DNA of 32,000 nt from Paramicrosporidium saccamoebae KSL3. Its lineage: Eukaryota; Fungi; Cryptomycota. The position numbers were made by a program, and so were the translations under genes. Shown here piece by piece: positions 1 to 10,330 of the stretch. The notes beneath the pieces were generated by a model that worked only from the letters and a program-made list of their open reading frames with translations, was not told where the DNA came from and ran no database searches. Where the stretch lies: contig MTSL01000048.1 of NCBI GenBank assembly GCA_002794465.1, positions 50,535-82,534 on the forward strand, in the 5' to 3' direction. The number at the start of each line of letters is the position of its first letter. The stretch's first letter is position 1.

Positions 1-1
1 C

Positions 2-1939
2 CGCTTTGTGCCGTCATTGAGAGCCCTGCCATACTGGGGCAATGTAAATGATCGAAAGACGTTGCGCAAATTTTGGAATCCAAAAAAGCTATATTCAAAG
101 GATTCGCATTTCCATATCCTCATCACCAGCTATCAGCTCGTTGTGGCTGATGAAAAGTACTTTCAACGCATCAAATGGCAATACATGATTCTTGACGAAG
201 CCCAGGCCATCAAAAGCAGTTCTAGCGTGCGATGGAAGACGCTGTTGAGCTTCCAATGCAGAAATCGTCTGCTGTTGACGGGCACTCCAATTCAGAACTC
301 TATGCAAGAGTTATGGGCCTTGTTACATTTTATCATGCCTGGTTTGTTCGACTCCCACGACGAGTTCAGTGATTGGTTCTCTCGCGATATTGAAAGTCAT
401 GCTGTGGCTGCCGAGGCCAAAAGTGGCACAAGTACCCTCAACGAACATCAACTCCAACGATTGCACATGATTCTAAAACCATTCATGTTGCGGCGTGTTA
501 AGAAGGATGTGGAGGATGAGCTGGGTGCCAAGGTGGAGATTGATGTTGACTGTTCTCTTAGCGGACGACAACGCACAATGTACAGGGCGATTAGAGACAA
601 GTTACCATTGGCTGATCTTGTCAGCATGTCCTCGAGCAATGCTGACACTTTGATGAACATTGTGATGCAGTTTCGCAAAGTCTGTAATCACCCCGAGCTG
701 TTTGAACGGACCGAAATCAAGTCACCGTTCTTTCTTCATGAGCTTGACATTATCCGGCCGACCGGAAGGGATTCCTCCGTCCTGTACTGGGACGGACCAT
801 TGCAAAACCCTCTTGTCATGAGAATACCCAAAATTTGTGCACCTGTGGTGGGGGAGAAGAGCAAATTTTTAGAGTTTGACACTTCCATATTCCATCCGCA
901 ACATGTAGCATCGACTCGGTGGCAGAAAGACGATGCATTTGCTGTATGCTACACTTCGCCGGTTTTGGACAGAAGTGATATACCTTTAATTCTGAGGAGC
1001 GGCCCGGTGGGACTGGCATTATGGCAGGAGGGTAACAAGAAATCTCTTCTGGACCAATGGAACGGGCATCCTGATGAATTGGAGAATATCAGGATGCCAT
1101 GGGAGAAGAACAGTCTCCCATCCTTGGAAATCCCTGACAATGTTCGATTCGTGTGTCGCAATTCCGTCTTTTACTCCCCTCGAGTGGTTGCTGGACCCAT
1201 TTCCTTGGTAGTTGACGACATGAGCTACATGCTCCGCAGCAATGTCCATATTGGACAAGAGTTGAAGATTGACTCACTGCCTGACTTTGAGGTGGATGGA
1301 GGTTCTGGCCGCTTTATTGTCATGCCTAACATTGGTAAGTTGGTGAGCGATGCGGGAAAGATGGCCACGCTCGACAGGTTGCTGACTGAACTCAAGGCGG
1401 GGGGACACCGAGTGTTGATCTACAATCAAATGACGCGAATGATTGACTTGATGGAGGAATATTTACATTACCGGGGCTACTCGTACATTAGACTAGACGG
1501 ATCATCCAAGATTGCTGATCGACGCGACTTGGTTAACGACTGGCAGAGTCGGCCCGACATTTTTGTATTTTTGCTAAGCACCCGCGCGGGAGGACTGGGG
1601 ATTAATCTAACGGCGGCTGACACGGTCATTTTCTATGATTCCGACTGGAATCCGACGGTGGATCAGCAAGCAATGGATCGTGCGCATCGTCTGGGACAGA
1701 CAAAACAGGTCACAGTATACCGACTAATCACACGGAACAGCATTGAGGAGCGGATGCGACAGAGGGCGAAGCAGAAGGATGAGATCCACAAGGTGGTGAT
1801 TGCGGGAGGAGAGTTTAGACAGATGGATGCGGGCCGCCCCAACCAAAAGGACATTGTGTCGCTGCTGCTGGAGGAAGGCGATGATACAACATTGCGCAGC
1901 ACAGAGGATCCTGGCGCAAAAAGGATGCGTCTTGAATAG
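2..1939 (+). CDS. INO80: INO80 chromatin-remodelling SNF2-family ATPase, C-terminal part (5'-truncated by window)
   Basis: Frame open from base 2. Motifs LPYWG, FHILITSYQLVV, WQYMILDEAQAIKSSSS.RWKTLL, LLLTGTPIQNSMQELWALLHFIMP, long insertion, then GKMATLDRLL.ELKAGGHRVLIY.QMTRM and DSDWNPTVDQQAMDRAHRLGQTKQVTVYRL. Confidence 0.95.
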   Translation, partial: RFVPSLRALPYWGNVNDRKTLRKFWNPKKLYSKDSHFHILITSYQLVVADEKYFQRIKWQYMILDEAQAIKSSSSVRWKTLLSFQCRNRLLLTGTPIQNSMQELWALLHFIMPGLFDSHDEFSDWFSRDIESHAVAAEAKSGTSTLNEHQLQRLHMILKPFMLRRVKKDVEDELGAKVEIDVDCSLSGRQRTMYRAIRDKLPLADLVSMSSSNADTLMNIVMQFRKVCNHPELFERTEIKSPFFLHELDIIRPTGRDSSVLYWDGPLQNPLVMRIPKICAPVVGEKSKFLEFDTSIFHPQHVASTRWQKDDAFAVCYTSPVLDRSDIPLILRSGPVGLALWQEGNKKSLLDQWNGHPDELENIRMPWEKNSLPSLEIPDNVRFVCRNSVFYSPRVVAGPISLVVDDMSYMLRSNVHIGQELKIDSLPDFEVDGGSGRFIVMPNIGKLVSDAGKMATLDRLLTELKAGGHRVLIYNQMTRMIDLMEEYLHYRGYSYIRLDGSSKIADRRDLVNDWQSRPDIFVFLLSTRAGGLGINLTAADTVIFYDSDWNPTVDQQAMDRAHRLGQTKQVTVYRLITRNSIEERMRQRAKQKDEIHKVVIAGGEFRQMDAGRPNQKDIVSLLLEEGDDTTLRSTEDPGAKRMRLE

Positions 1940-2145
1940 GATAATAAACTCCTGATTGGCTGGTGAGTGTTTTTTGCAAAGACCAATGACTGGGGACAAT
2001 TAGGGACTATTTCAAAATAAAGACTGTCGATTGGACACGAGTTGGATTGACGAATGGGAGGGTGGGAGGGACGAGTGACACGCTAGCAACCGAAACTTGG
2101 CAACGAAGTACGATACAAAGGAAGGCAGACGGACGATGCAACACG

Positions 2146-4428
2146 ATGGCGTCACCGACAAAGCACACTGAAGACACGATCCGTCTTTTATTGCCGTTGC
2201 CGACAACGTGCACCCTGCCGACGATGCGCTACACCATTGATCGACTGCGGACGACATTGTCCTGTGAGGTGGAATTGCTACCGGCCTCCCGGACCGTATC
2301 CGTACAAGGACAACGTGCTCAGGTTATGGCAGCGCGTCAGCAATTGGCCCGAGCAAGACGATCAGAACGCATGACGATGCGCTATCGACAGCGAATGGAA
2401 AGTCCAGCTGCAATCAGCGTCGCCAGGGTAGGCACGGGGGAGAAGGAGCTGAGAGTGCAGGGAGTTCCCGATGAGGAAGAAATTGACGGGGACGTCACTG
2501 ATCTGGAATATGCACGATTGGCACACATTATGGAAATGGACGGAGGCGTGCGTCAAGAAATCTCAATCCCCTTGCACGTGGCTGGACGAGTGGCAGGTTG
2601 TTCTGGTCGAAATCGATTCCACACGCTCCTAAAGAATGGAGTATTGTTAGAGGTAGCAGGAAGGATTTGCGAGAAGGAGCTTGGCCATGAGCATGAGCAT
2701 GAACACGAAAATGGGACTGGGACTGGGACTGGAAATGAGACTAGTTCCCAGAATCCTCAGCATCAACATCTTCAGACTAAGTGTACAGTGTTTCTCAGTG
2801 CTCGCACTCAGGAGGAACTCGACGTTGTGCAAAAGGGCATTTTGGAAGATGCGGCTTCCACCGAGGCGATGCAATTTGCTCTTTGTGTGGATGAACGTTT
2901 GTCAGATTGGTTATTGTCCCATCGCCGGACGCAGCTGCAGCAGATTACTTATAAAAATGGGACAAGTGTGTCATTGCGACCAACAACGCTGTTAGTGCAT
3001 GGCCATCGACGTGAGACAGTGCGAACTACAGCGGAGGAGATTACGCGATTGACTCACAACTTTCATTCGTGTACATTGTGGTTGGCAGAACAGTATGAAA
3101 CGCTTCCAGTGCTGTTGGAACGAGCAGCTCGACAGAGCGGTGCTGAAATCCAACAGGCCTCTCATGCGGTAGACCTATTTGGGACGCAGGAGCAGTTGCG
3201 CACCGCTATTGCCACATTGCAGGCGGCAGGCATTGAATGTCTGCAGATTAAATATCGACTGGGTCAGAGTGAAGAGATTCGCGATTTTATCAGTGGTAAG
3301 AAGGATGGGAAACTGATCAAAATTATGAAAGAGACGGGTGCCTCCATTTCATTGGGCGGTTCAGGCCGTTTAGGCATTGATTCCCAAATCGACATTGAAT
3401 TGGTTGCCCAGGATCCTGACTCTCTTGCCATTGCCCTCGATATGTTATTGGGAGAGTTTCCTGCTGAACGTTCCTTCTTCTTAGCTGACAGTCATCACAA
3501 ACGACTGATTGGCCACGGTGGCAGGACCATCCAGCGGGTCATGAAAAAGTATGCCGTGTACATTAAATTCCTCAGTGCGGAGGAGGCGGCAGCTCGTGCA
3601 CCTGTCGATGCCATGGCTTTGCCCCGAGTGTTGGCTAGTCGACTGCCCAATGTATTGGTCCGTACTCCCTCAAAGAACGAAGAGGCCTTAAGTGCGGCAC
3701 AGGACGAGATCCACGACATGGCCGAGGAGCTTGAGCACCAAATCCCCAAACGCGTCATGCGATTGGATCGTCATGCTCTATTAGCTCTCAGTGATTCTGA
3801 ACGGACGGCATTGGCAGACTTTCTTAGACAGTTTCGAGAGTCATTAGACTTTTCCGTTCCGTCCACCTTTTCAGAGAGTCCCGAGGATGATGGCGTCTTT
3901 GTTATCAAAGTGCGTGGATATCAGACACCTTTGAATCTGTTCTATGAACGGGTCACCGGTGATATGGCATCTCTCATTAAGCCTCTCCTCCACACGGCTG
4001 CCGTCTCTCCCCCGTCCACACCCACTACCCTCCCCTCGCCCACCATTTCCATGCAGAGTAATCTGTCCGTCAGTAGTTCGGCCAGCTGGACCGCCCAATC
4101 CCCCGACCTGTTCTCCCATTTCCCCATGTCGGTGCTGCAGCCTCCCGTTTCAACTACCCTCACTCCCACCAGTCCCATGGTTGCGCCAACAAAGCTGCCT
4201 CAGTTGGGATTCAATCCCACCATTGGCAGTCAGAAGCGCAAACATTGTCCCTGGAACATGGGCTTTCCCAAATTGTCGCTCATGACGGTCGATTCGCTCT
4301 GGCGGAACGATGTCGATGACTTTACTACACTGGTAAGATTTTGTTCGTGTATTGACGTATAGGATTGGAAGATTATCAGTGAACAGCATTACCGGAGAAG
4401 GGCATCCTCTGTATTCCGTGCTCAATAA
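2146..4428 (+). CDS. KH-domain RNA-binding protein (fungal Mug60/YLL032C-like); predicted 30-nt intron 4333-4362 near 3' end
   Basis: KH-like segments FISGKKDGKLIKIMKETG and FPAERSFF..SHHKRLIGHGGRTIQRVMKKY.VYIKF; Ser/Pro/Thr-rich tail. First ATG is at 2146. Intron GTAAGA...TTGAC.GTATAG extends the frame to DWKII...FRAQ*, whose TAA overlaps AATAAA. Confidence 0.8.
2686..2733 (+). repeat. Coding hexamer microsatellites (HE)n and (GT)n inside KH protein
   Basis: catgag-type repeats then gggact x3, encoding HEHEHEHENGTGTGTG. Confidence 0.85.
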
Positions 4429-4484
4429 ACTGTCTAGAAAATAAACTGTATTCAACCTGTGATTTCGTCCATCTATACAGTCCA

Positions 4485-4544
4485 AGGATAAAGGGCCTGC
4501 GCTACAGTATCCGCTGATGATCGGTAGTCCGACCCAGGTAGCGG
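4485..4544 (+). repeat. Fragment of dispersed repeat family R1
   Basis: agtccgacccaggtagcgg (4526-4544) is identical to 29913-29931. Upstream taaagg..ctg...acagtatccgct resembles the R1 5' end. Confidence 0.65.
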
Positions 4545-4797
4545 AAACTCTGATCCAGCGGGCAATCCTAGTCTAGCTGATTGCCCTAATACAGATAGCA
4601 GTCCTAATTCAGGTAGTAGGCACACTAGTCACGGCTGTCCTGAAGGTGACTGCCTATCCATATGCCACACTTTTTGATGACACTATCTGTATTTGGATTG
4701 TTTGGAAAACGTGGTGTAACATGAATTACTGATTTTGGACATATTATTGGCAGAGTACAAAAAAGGCAAAAAATTGTTGTCATTGTGTACCACTGCG

Positions 4798-5745
4798 ATG
4801 AGGCTGGCTTGTTCCTTGCTCCTCTCCACAGTGTGCGGCGCTGCTAATGTTCTATTTCATTACAAGGGAGACTCTCTTCCTTCTATTGGAGAGAAGGGTG
4901 ACTTTAATTATTTATCTGCAGGAGGATTTGTCGCCAACGATGGAAATCTGGAACTCTGGAATGACGCATTGCATGTAGTGAGCCTTCCGTTCAAGTCTTC
5001 CCACTTTTCGCTCCTGGACAATCCCAAATTCCAGCTCTTTACTAACCAACATTTCTCAATCAAGGATAAGCTAACTGTCAAGATGACATCCCACATAATG
5101 ACCTCGGGCGTGGATAAGCATCCCTTTGGCGATCAAGTCTTCAGTCCGTGTAGCGATCCACGTCTGGCAGCAGGTACAATGGTTGCAAAGGACAATGAGA
5201 ATGGCATTGTTTACAGCTTTGTGCTGGCCGAGGGATACATCTTTGCCGTGGTCCAATCATTGCTGGTGACGCCAGGGGGACCGAGCGATGCTCCACGAGC
5301 CGCCTATGCCATCCCTCTCCTCGGAATCAGTCCAATGGGCGAGTATAACATTGGAATGCACTTTGATCGGGCAGCTGAGACAATCTCCTGGGTGATCAAC
5401 GGATATCAGCACTTCCAAATGAAGAGTTCGGAATTGCTACCGCCAGAGCACAAGGTGTTGAAATGGGGACCCGATGCAACATTTAAATTCCCCAACCGTA
5501 TCACTGTAGGATTTGGGACTCTCAGCGCTCTGGAATACTACCCGCCCCAATATCCGCCCGACTACCCACCAAACGGACAGAATGTTGGGATTGCCCTAGT
5601 GAAGCTGGCAGCGCCGATGCAGTTTCTAGATCCAAAGAATGATGGGCCAGCACAGTATTTTATTGATCATAGTGATCCTGAGTACCAGGTGTGGGGACAG
5701 GGAGCCATGCTCGATGTTCAGGACCTCATCGTCGAGGCACAATAA
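4798..5745 (+). CDS. Secreted tandem-array paralog 1 (subfamily A), DUF6081-like
   Basis: ATG 4798 gives signal peptide MRLACSLLLSTVCGA. Family motifs VLFHYKG, DNPKFQ, HPFG..SDPRLA, YAIPL, ISWVING, WGQGA.L. Intronless. Confidence 0.85.
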   Translation: MRLACSLLLSTVCGAANVLFHYKGDSLPSIGEKGDFNYLSAGGFVANDGNLELWNDALHVVSLPFKSSHFSLLDNPKFQLFTNQHFSIKDKLTVKMTSHIMTSGVDKHPFGDQVFSPCSDPRLAAGTMVAKDNENGIVYSFVLAEGYIFAVVQSLLVTPGGPSDAPRAAYAIPLLGISPMGEYNIGMHFDRAAETISWVINGYQHFQMKSSELLPPEHKVLKWGPDATFKFPNRITVGFGTLSALEYYPPQYPPDYPPNGQNVGIALVKLAAPMQFLDPKNDGPAQYFIDHSDPEYQVWGQGAMLDVQDLIVEAQ

Positions 5746-6110
5746 AGCGTTATTTAGTTTGCAATCAGATTCAATTGGCAATAATTCCACCCGGAACCCG
5801 CCAATCGAAAAATGCGATCCCATCGGCCCGATTTGTAAGACTGGCAATCGATCTGCCAGTCCATCAACAGACTTGCAAGTTACTGAGAATCGATGGTGGT
5901 TTGGATAACGCCGACCCATTAATTCTATGACAGTCAGGCGCCATGCTACTCCGTTCCAAAGATTCTAGACTGCTATCAATCACAAGGTCTGTGCGCAATT
6001 AACTACTTGGAGATTGAACATTCTAGACATGTGGCTTAGCATCGATCTTTGGGTTTATCATATTAAACGTAATTTCTGACGTATAGTCGCTGATAGTGTG
6101 CGCCATCGAG

Positions 6111-7034
6111 ATGAGAATAGCCTGCTTATTTTTCGCGTCAACAGTGTATGGTGCCGGCGTGGTATTTCAGTATAAGGGAGACACTCTTCCTTCCATTGGA
6201 GAGGACGGTGACTTTAACTTTTTCTCGGCCGGCGATTTCATCAGCAATGATGGAACGGCTCGCATCCAGGATGAAAGACTACTTATTGATAGCTCCCCCT
6301 TCACTTCCCATTCTCCTACGCTCCTTGACAATCCCAAGTACCAAATTTTTACCAACAAGCACTTTTCTATCGATGATTCTACATTGTCTGTCAAAATGAC
6401 AGCTGCTGTAACCACGCCCGGTGTGCAAGATCATCCCTTTGGCCCATACGTCACTAATCCGTACAGCGATCCGCGCCTGGCAGCTGGTGCAATGATTGTC
6501 AAGGACGACGAGCATGGCGTCATTTACGACTTTGTGCTGACCGAACAACGCATCTGTGCTGTGGTCCAGTCTCTGCTATTTACACCAGCGGGGCCAAACC
6601 AATCTCCAAGCGCTGCCTATGCTATCCCTCTCCTTGACACTACTGAAATGACACGTCATCAACTTGAGATAAAGTTTGACGGGGTAGCCAAGACGATCTC
6701 CTGGGTGATTGATGGACAGCAGCTGTTCCAAATGAAGAGCTCTGAGATGTTGCCAGCAGAGCACAAGGTGCTGAAATGGGGACCCAATGAGCTATTCAAG
6801 TTCCCCAACAAGATCAATGTCGGTTTCGGGACCCTAACTGCGTTTGAATATTATCTGTCCGACGAAAACACTGAAGGGATAGCACTGGTAAAGTTGGCGG
6901 CGCCAATGCCTTTTATTGATCCGAGAAGCGACGAGCCTGCGCAGTATGTCACCGACTCTGCTGTTAAAGAATACCAAGCATGGGGACAAGGCGCTGGGCT
7001 CTACATCGAGGAGCTTGTAGTCGAGCGGCAGTGA
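6111..7034 (+). CDS. Secreted tandem-array paralog 2 (subfamily A), DUF6081-like
   Basis: ATG 6111, signal peptide MRIACLFFASTVYGA. Collinear with and closest to paralog 1 (LLDNPK, SDPRLAAG, AAYAIPLL, EHKVLKWGP, WGQGA). Confidence 0.85.
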   Translation: MRIACLFFASTVYGAGVVFQYKGDTLPSIGEDGDFNFFSAGDFISNDGTARIQDERLLIDSSPFTSHSPTLLDNPKYQIFTNKHFSIDDSTLSVKMTAAVTTPGVQDHPFGPYVTNPYSDPRLAAGAMIVKDDEHGVIYDFVLTEQRICAVVQSLLFTPAGPNQSPSAAYAIPLLDTTEMTRHQLEIKFDGVAKTISWVIDGQQLFQMKSSEMLPAEHKVLKWGPNELFKFPNKINVGFGTLTAFEYYLSDENTEGIALVKLAAPMPFIDPRSDEPAQYVTDSAVKEYQAWGQGAGLYIEELVVERQ

Positions 7035-7582
7035 ACCTGAGAGCCAGTTCAGCATATAGCGTGGCACATCATCCAATAAACAAGGACTACATGTTAATAG
7101 TATATAGCGTATTGAGGACTAGAATTTGTGATTATACAATCTCGCAGATAGGTAAAGGCCGAGAGGTTTGAGTCTGTCGTATGCTCTACTCTGGTAGACC
7201 CTTCTTAACTATGATATACTTACACCTATTGGTTATGATTGGGCTCGCTTGCCCACTCACGCCCCTTACTGACCGTTAGTTGTTCCGCAGACGCAAGGAA
7301 CTTAATGTCCGGCCATCTGATCTAGAGAGATACTTTTAAATGTATTCTACCTATCCTGTTACTGTAATGAGCACAAATGTTCAATATCTCGCCTCCCCAC
7401 CAATCCAAATTTCTTCTTAAATTGCAAAGTAGTGGGGTCGTTACTAAAACACACTGTTGATTAGGGTCGATAGTTCCATATAGTACAGTCACTATCGAGG
7501 CTCACCTAATTCGTCAGTATCATCAAGATTGCGGTATATTAAAATGTTACTGAAATGCGGGCCTAATTATTACGATATCACC

Positions 7583-8527
7583 ATGCTCCTCTGGAATGCA
7601 CTTCAACTAGCATCTTTCGTGTCCAGCGCCAAGGTGCTCTTCGAATACCAGGGACACGAGCTGCCTAATATTGGCCCGAAGGGTATTTTTGATTATCCTG
7701 TACATCCCAACCTGCCTACAGATGGCGAACAGCTCACAATCAAAGACGATCGTCTTGTGATAAACAGTTATCCATTTAAGCACACTCGAGCTGATTTCCA
7801 TGATGCCCTCAAGTTTCAAATGTATACGAATGATCGCTTTAAATGCAATTCAGGAAAGGTAACCGTTCAAATGACTGGCGGCGCTCTCATGCATGGTGTT
7901 GAAGATAATCCCTTTGGGGAAGAGCCCATGCTCTCTCAAATCGACGCCCGCCTAGTAGCGTCAGTGTTCAATGTGCAGGATGATAAAGGGCAGGTGTTCA
8001 ATTTTATCATTACAAATGCCAGAATTAGCGCCGTTATCCAAGCCCCGTTCATCTTCCCACCCAGCCAAGAAGAGGTTACCAGCACTATGAGTTATAATAT
8101 CCCCTTGGTTGAGACGCAGGCGGGAGAAGAACACACTTTGGCCCTGATTTTTGATGCTGCTTCTCAGTCAGTGTCCTGGTCGGTTGATGGGACAATTCAC
8201 TACACCTGGACAGTCGATTCACAGATCCCTCAAGAGAACTGTATTCTTAGATGGGGCGATCTAAACCGTTTCACTTACCCAGGCAATTTTGCCGTCGGAT
8301 TTGGCAACTACGAAACCTTGTCATATTACCCGCCCCTAAATGACGCTAAGGCTTTTGGTATAGAGTACAAGGGACTGGTGAATCTCCCTTTCGAGCTACC
8401 CCTTTTCGATCCCCAATCTGGCGAGCCTGCCGAGTACATGACTAGCTCTAGTGAGCAAAAAGACCATACCTGGGATCGAGGAGCTATCCTGAGAATCAGG
8501 GACATTATTGTCACTTATGAGGTGTAA
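7583..8527 (+). CDS. Secreted tandem-array paralog 3 (subfamily B)
   Basis: ATG 7583, signal peptide MLLWNALQLASFVSSA. Motifs KVLFEYQG, DALKFQ, NPFG..IDARL, YNIPL, VSWSVDG, WDRGA.L. Confidence 0.85.
   Translation: MLLWNALQLASFVSSAKVLFEYQGHELPNIGPKGIFDYPVHPNLPTDGEQLTIKDDRLVINSYPFKHTRADFHDALKFQMYTNDRFKCNSGKVTVQMTGGALMHGVEDNPFGEEPMLSQIDARLVASVFNVQDDKGQVFNFIITNARISAVIQAPFIFPPSQEEVTSTMSYNIPLVETQAGEEHTLALIFDAASQSVSWSVDGTIHYTWTVDSQIPQENCILRWGDLNRFTYPGNFAVGFGNYETLSYYPPLNDAKAFGIEYKGLVNLPFELPLFDPQSGEPAEYMTSSSEQKDHTWDRGAILRIRDIIVTYEV
8114..8242 (+). repeat. 129-nt near-identical coding block shared by paralogs 3 and 6 (partner 12025-12153)
   Basis: 5 mismatches in 129 nt by manual alignment (TQAGEEH...PQENC). 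Confidence 0.9.
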
Positions 8528-8789
8528 ACCCTAATTAAAAGTGAGATTGGTAATAAATATTTCATTAGGGCGGACGGAGAAGAAGATTTTTACTAAACAA
8601 TATGGCTCTTTTTAGGCAACCACTCTCAATATCACGGCCCTGACGTGTAACTGATATGCACATTCAAGTCTCCAGGCACAAAATGCTATTTTATTACAGA
8701 TACTTTATGTGGGATATTGGTTTGTGAACGTGCTATCTCGTATAAGCCAAGCAAATTGGTTGCTAGCAATCTCATCTTTTGCGGGAGGT

Positions 8790-8871
8790 GGACCAATGAG
8801 AAGAGGTCTAGCTAGAATCCATTAAGATGCAATCTCAAGATACCACCCCCGGATTAGTGGCTGAATTTAGT
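8790..8871 (+). promoter_or_regulatory. Conserved upstream block of subfamily C genes (copy at 12684-12773), with CCAAT
   Basis: ggaccaatga...ctagaatccattaagatgcaatctc.agatacc.acccc..ggattagtggctg.attta.t precedes both ATG 8872 and ATG 12774. Confidence 0.6.
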
Positions 8872-9804
8872 ATGCAGTTGCGAATTCTTCTTGCCTTGAC
8901 TGCCGTTGCGTCGGCGAGCACCAAGCTTTTCGAGTATAATGGCAGCGGGGACCTGACTGCCCCCCTCGAGGAGCAATTCCGATATCTTGATTCGCTTTAT
9001 GACGAAGATACTGGCAAGCGTATTCCTCAGGCCCGGAATGGAGTTATGTGCCGCACCGCCGAGGGACTAGTTGTTGGGTGCAGTCCATCCCAATCCACTT
9101 TCTCACCTTCTATTCCAGGAGCTCAGTTTGTCTTGGGTGCCCGACCTCTGTTCCCCGTCCAACCTGGTAGTCTGGCCATAGAAGTGGCAAGCAGTGTCCA
9201 TATATATGGAGTTGAGAACCATCCCTTTGGTGACAAAGTCAAAGACCCGCACACTGACACGCGCCTTGCGTGCTCCACTATCGCCGTGATTGCAAGCGGC
9301 CGAATGTTCTTCAGCTTTACATTTACCAATGAGATGATCTATGCGTCAGTTCTTAAAGGATCGACTAAATCCGCACCGTCAGCCCTTCAGTATTTGATTC
9401 CATTGATCGCTACGAAGGCTGGAGTGATGCACAAAGTCAAATTCATATTTAATGATGATCTGAAGCGTATAGACTGGCTCGTCGACGAGCAATCGCTATT
9501 CTCGTGGCAACAGGACACAGTGATTGACAAAAAATATTTAATTGAACAGATAGGTGAAGACGCAGTCCTTAAATTTCCCACAAATGAAGTAGTCGTCGCA
9601 ACTGGAATTTTCACATTTTGGAATGATTTCCTGCCGCTGGAAGGAGAGCCAAAGGAGCATACGGCGGTGCTCGATCCGGCTACTCCCGAGCCAAACTTTT
9701 GCCTTAGTGAGCAAGCCCAGAATGCTGCAAAGTCAATTTTTAAAGATTGGAGCCCGGAAGTTATTTTAACCATCAAAAACATTACAGTTACTCGAGAATA
9801 CTGA
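8872..9804 (+). CDS. Secreted tandem-array paralog 4 (subfamily C, divergent)
   Basis: ATG 8872, signal peptide MQLRILLALTAVASA. Motifs KLFEYNG, HPFGDKVKDP..DTRLA, FTNEMIYA, YLIPL, IDWLVDE. Lacks DxxK and WxxGA. Confidence 0.85.
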   Translation: MQLRILLALTAVASASTKLFEYNGSGDLTAPLEEQFRYLDSLYDEDTGKRIPQARNGVMCRTAEGLVVGCSPSQSTFSPSIPGAQFVLGARPLFPVQPGSLAIEVASSVHIYGVENHPFGDKVKDPHTDTRLACSTIAVIASGRMFFSFTFTNEMIYASVLKGSTKSAPSALQYLIPLIATKAGVMHKVKFIFNDDLKRIDWLVDEQSLFSWQQDTVIDKKYLIEQIGEDAVLKFPTNEVVVATGIFTFWNDFLPLEGEPKEHTAVLDPATPEPNFCLSEQAQNAAKSIFKDWSPEVILTIKNITVTREY

Positions 9805-10013
9805 ATAGACAAAGATGTCCTCTTTTAGATAAAATCTACATTCATTTGCCGGTTCATGAGACAGGTTTTACAGAATACGTCTCAAGCTCAGATAATGAGC
9901 GTATACCGGTCGATCACCAAGCGTTCCAAATATCGATGCATTGCCTCACAAAGAATAGGGTCTAAGGATTGCCTGCACAGACCGATTAATATCTCTCCAG
10001 ACCAAAAATCCCA

Positions 10014-10169
10014 ATAAAGGATCTGTCGATGGGTGAAAACTCTCTTTTATTAAAGTATGTGGCTTCTTTACAGGTAGCCATTCCTAATATAGCCAAGCTG
10101 GCCTGCGGGGCCGCTATCTGGGTCGGACTCATCAATGATGAGTGGACGCGGTTTAACAGGATCTTTACT
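10014..10169 (-). mobile_element. Dispersed repeat R1 (~155 nt), MITE-like, inside the array
   Basis: Reverse complement aligns to 29873-30025 at roughly 80% identity by eye. Ends resemble inverted repeats (TAAAGATCCTGT...ACAGATCCTTTA). Confidence 0.6.
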
Positions 10170-10330
10170 ACTACGGACGGGTATGGCGGATCAAAATTCC
10201 TCAGCAATGAGTCCTGGCTACTACGGACAAGTGTCTGACGAATTAAAAATCTTCAATAAAGGACCGCTACTACAAATCTCACAAATGCTTCATTTCACAA
10301 TCTTGGGCCCTGGTTTCAGTGGCGGGTAAG

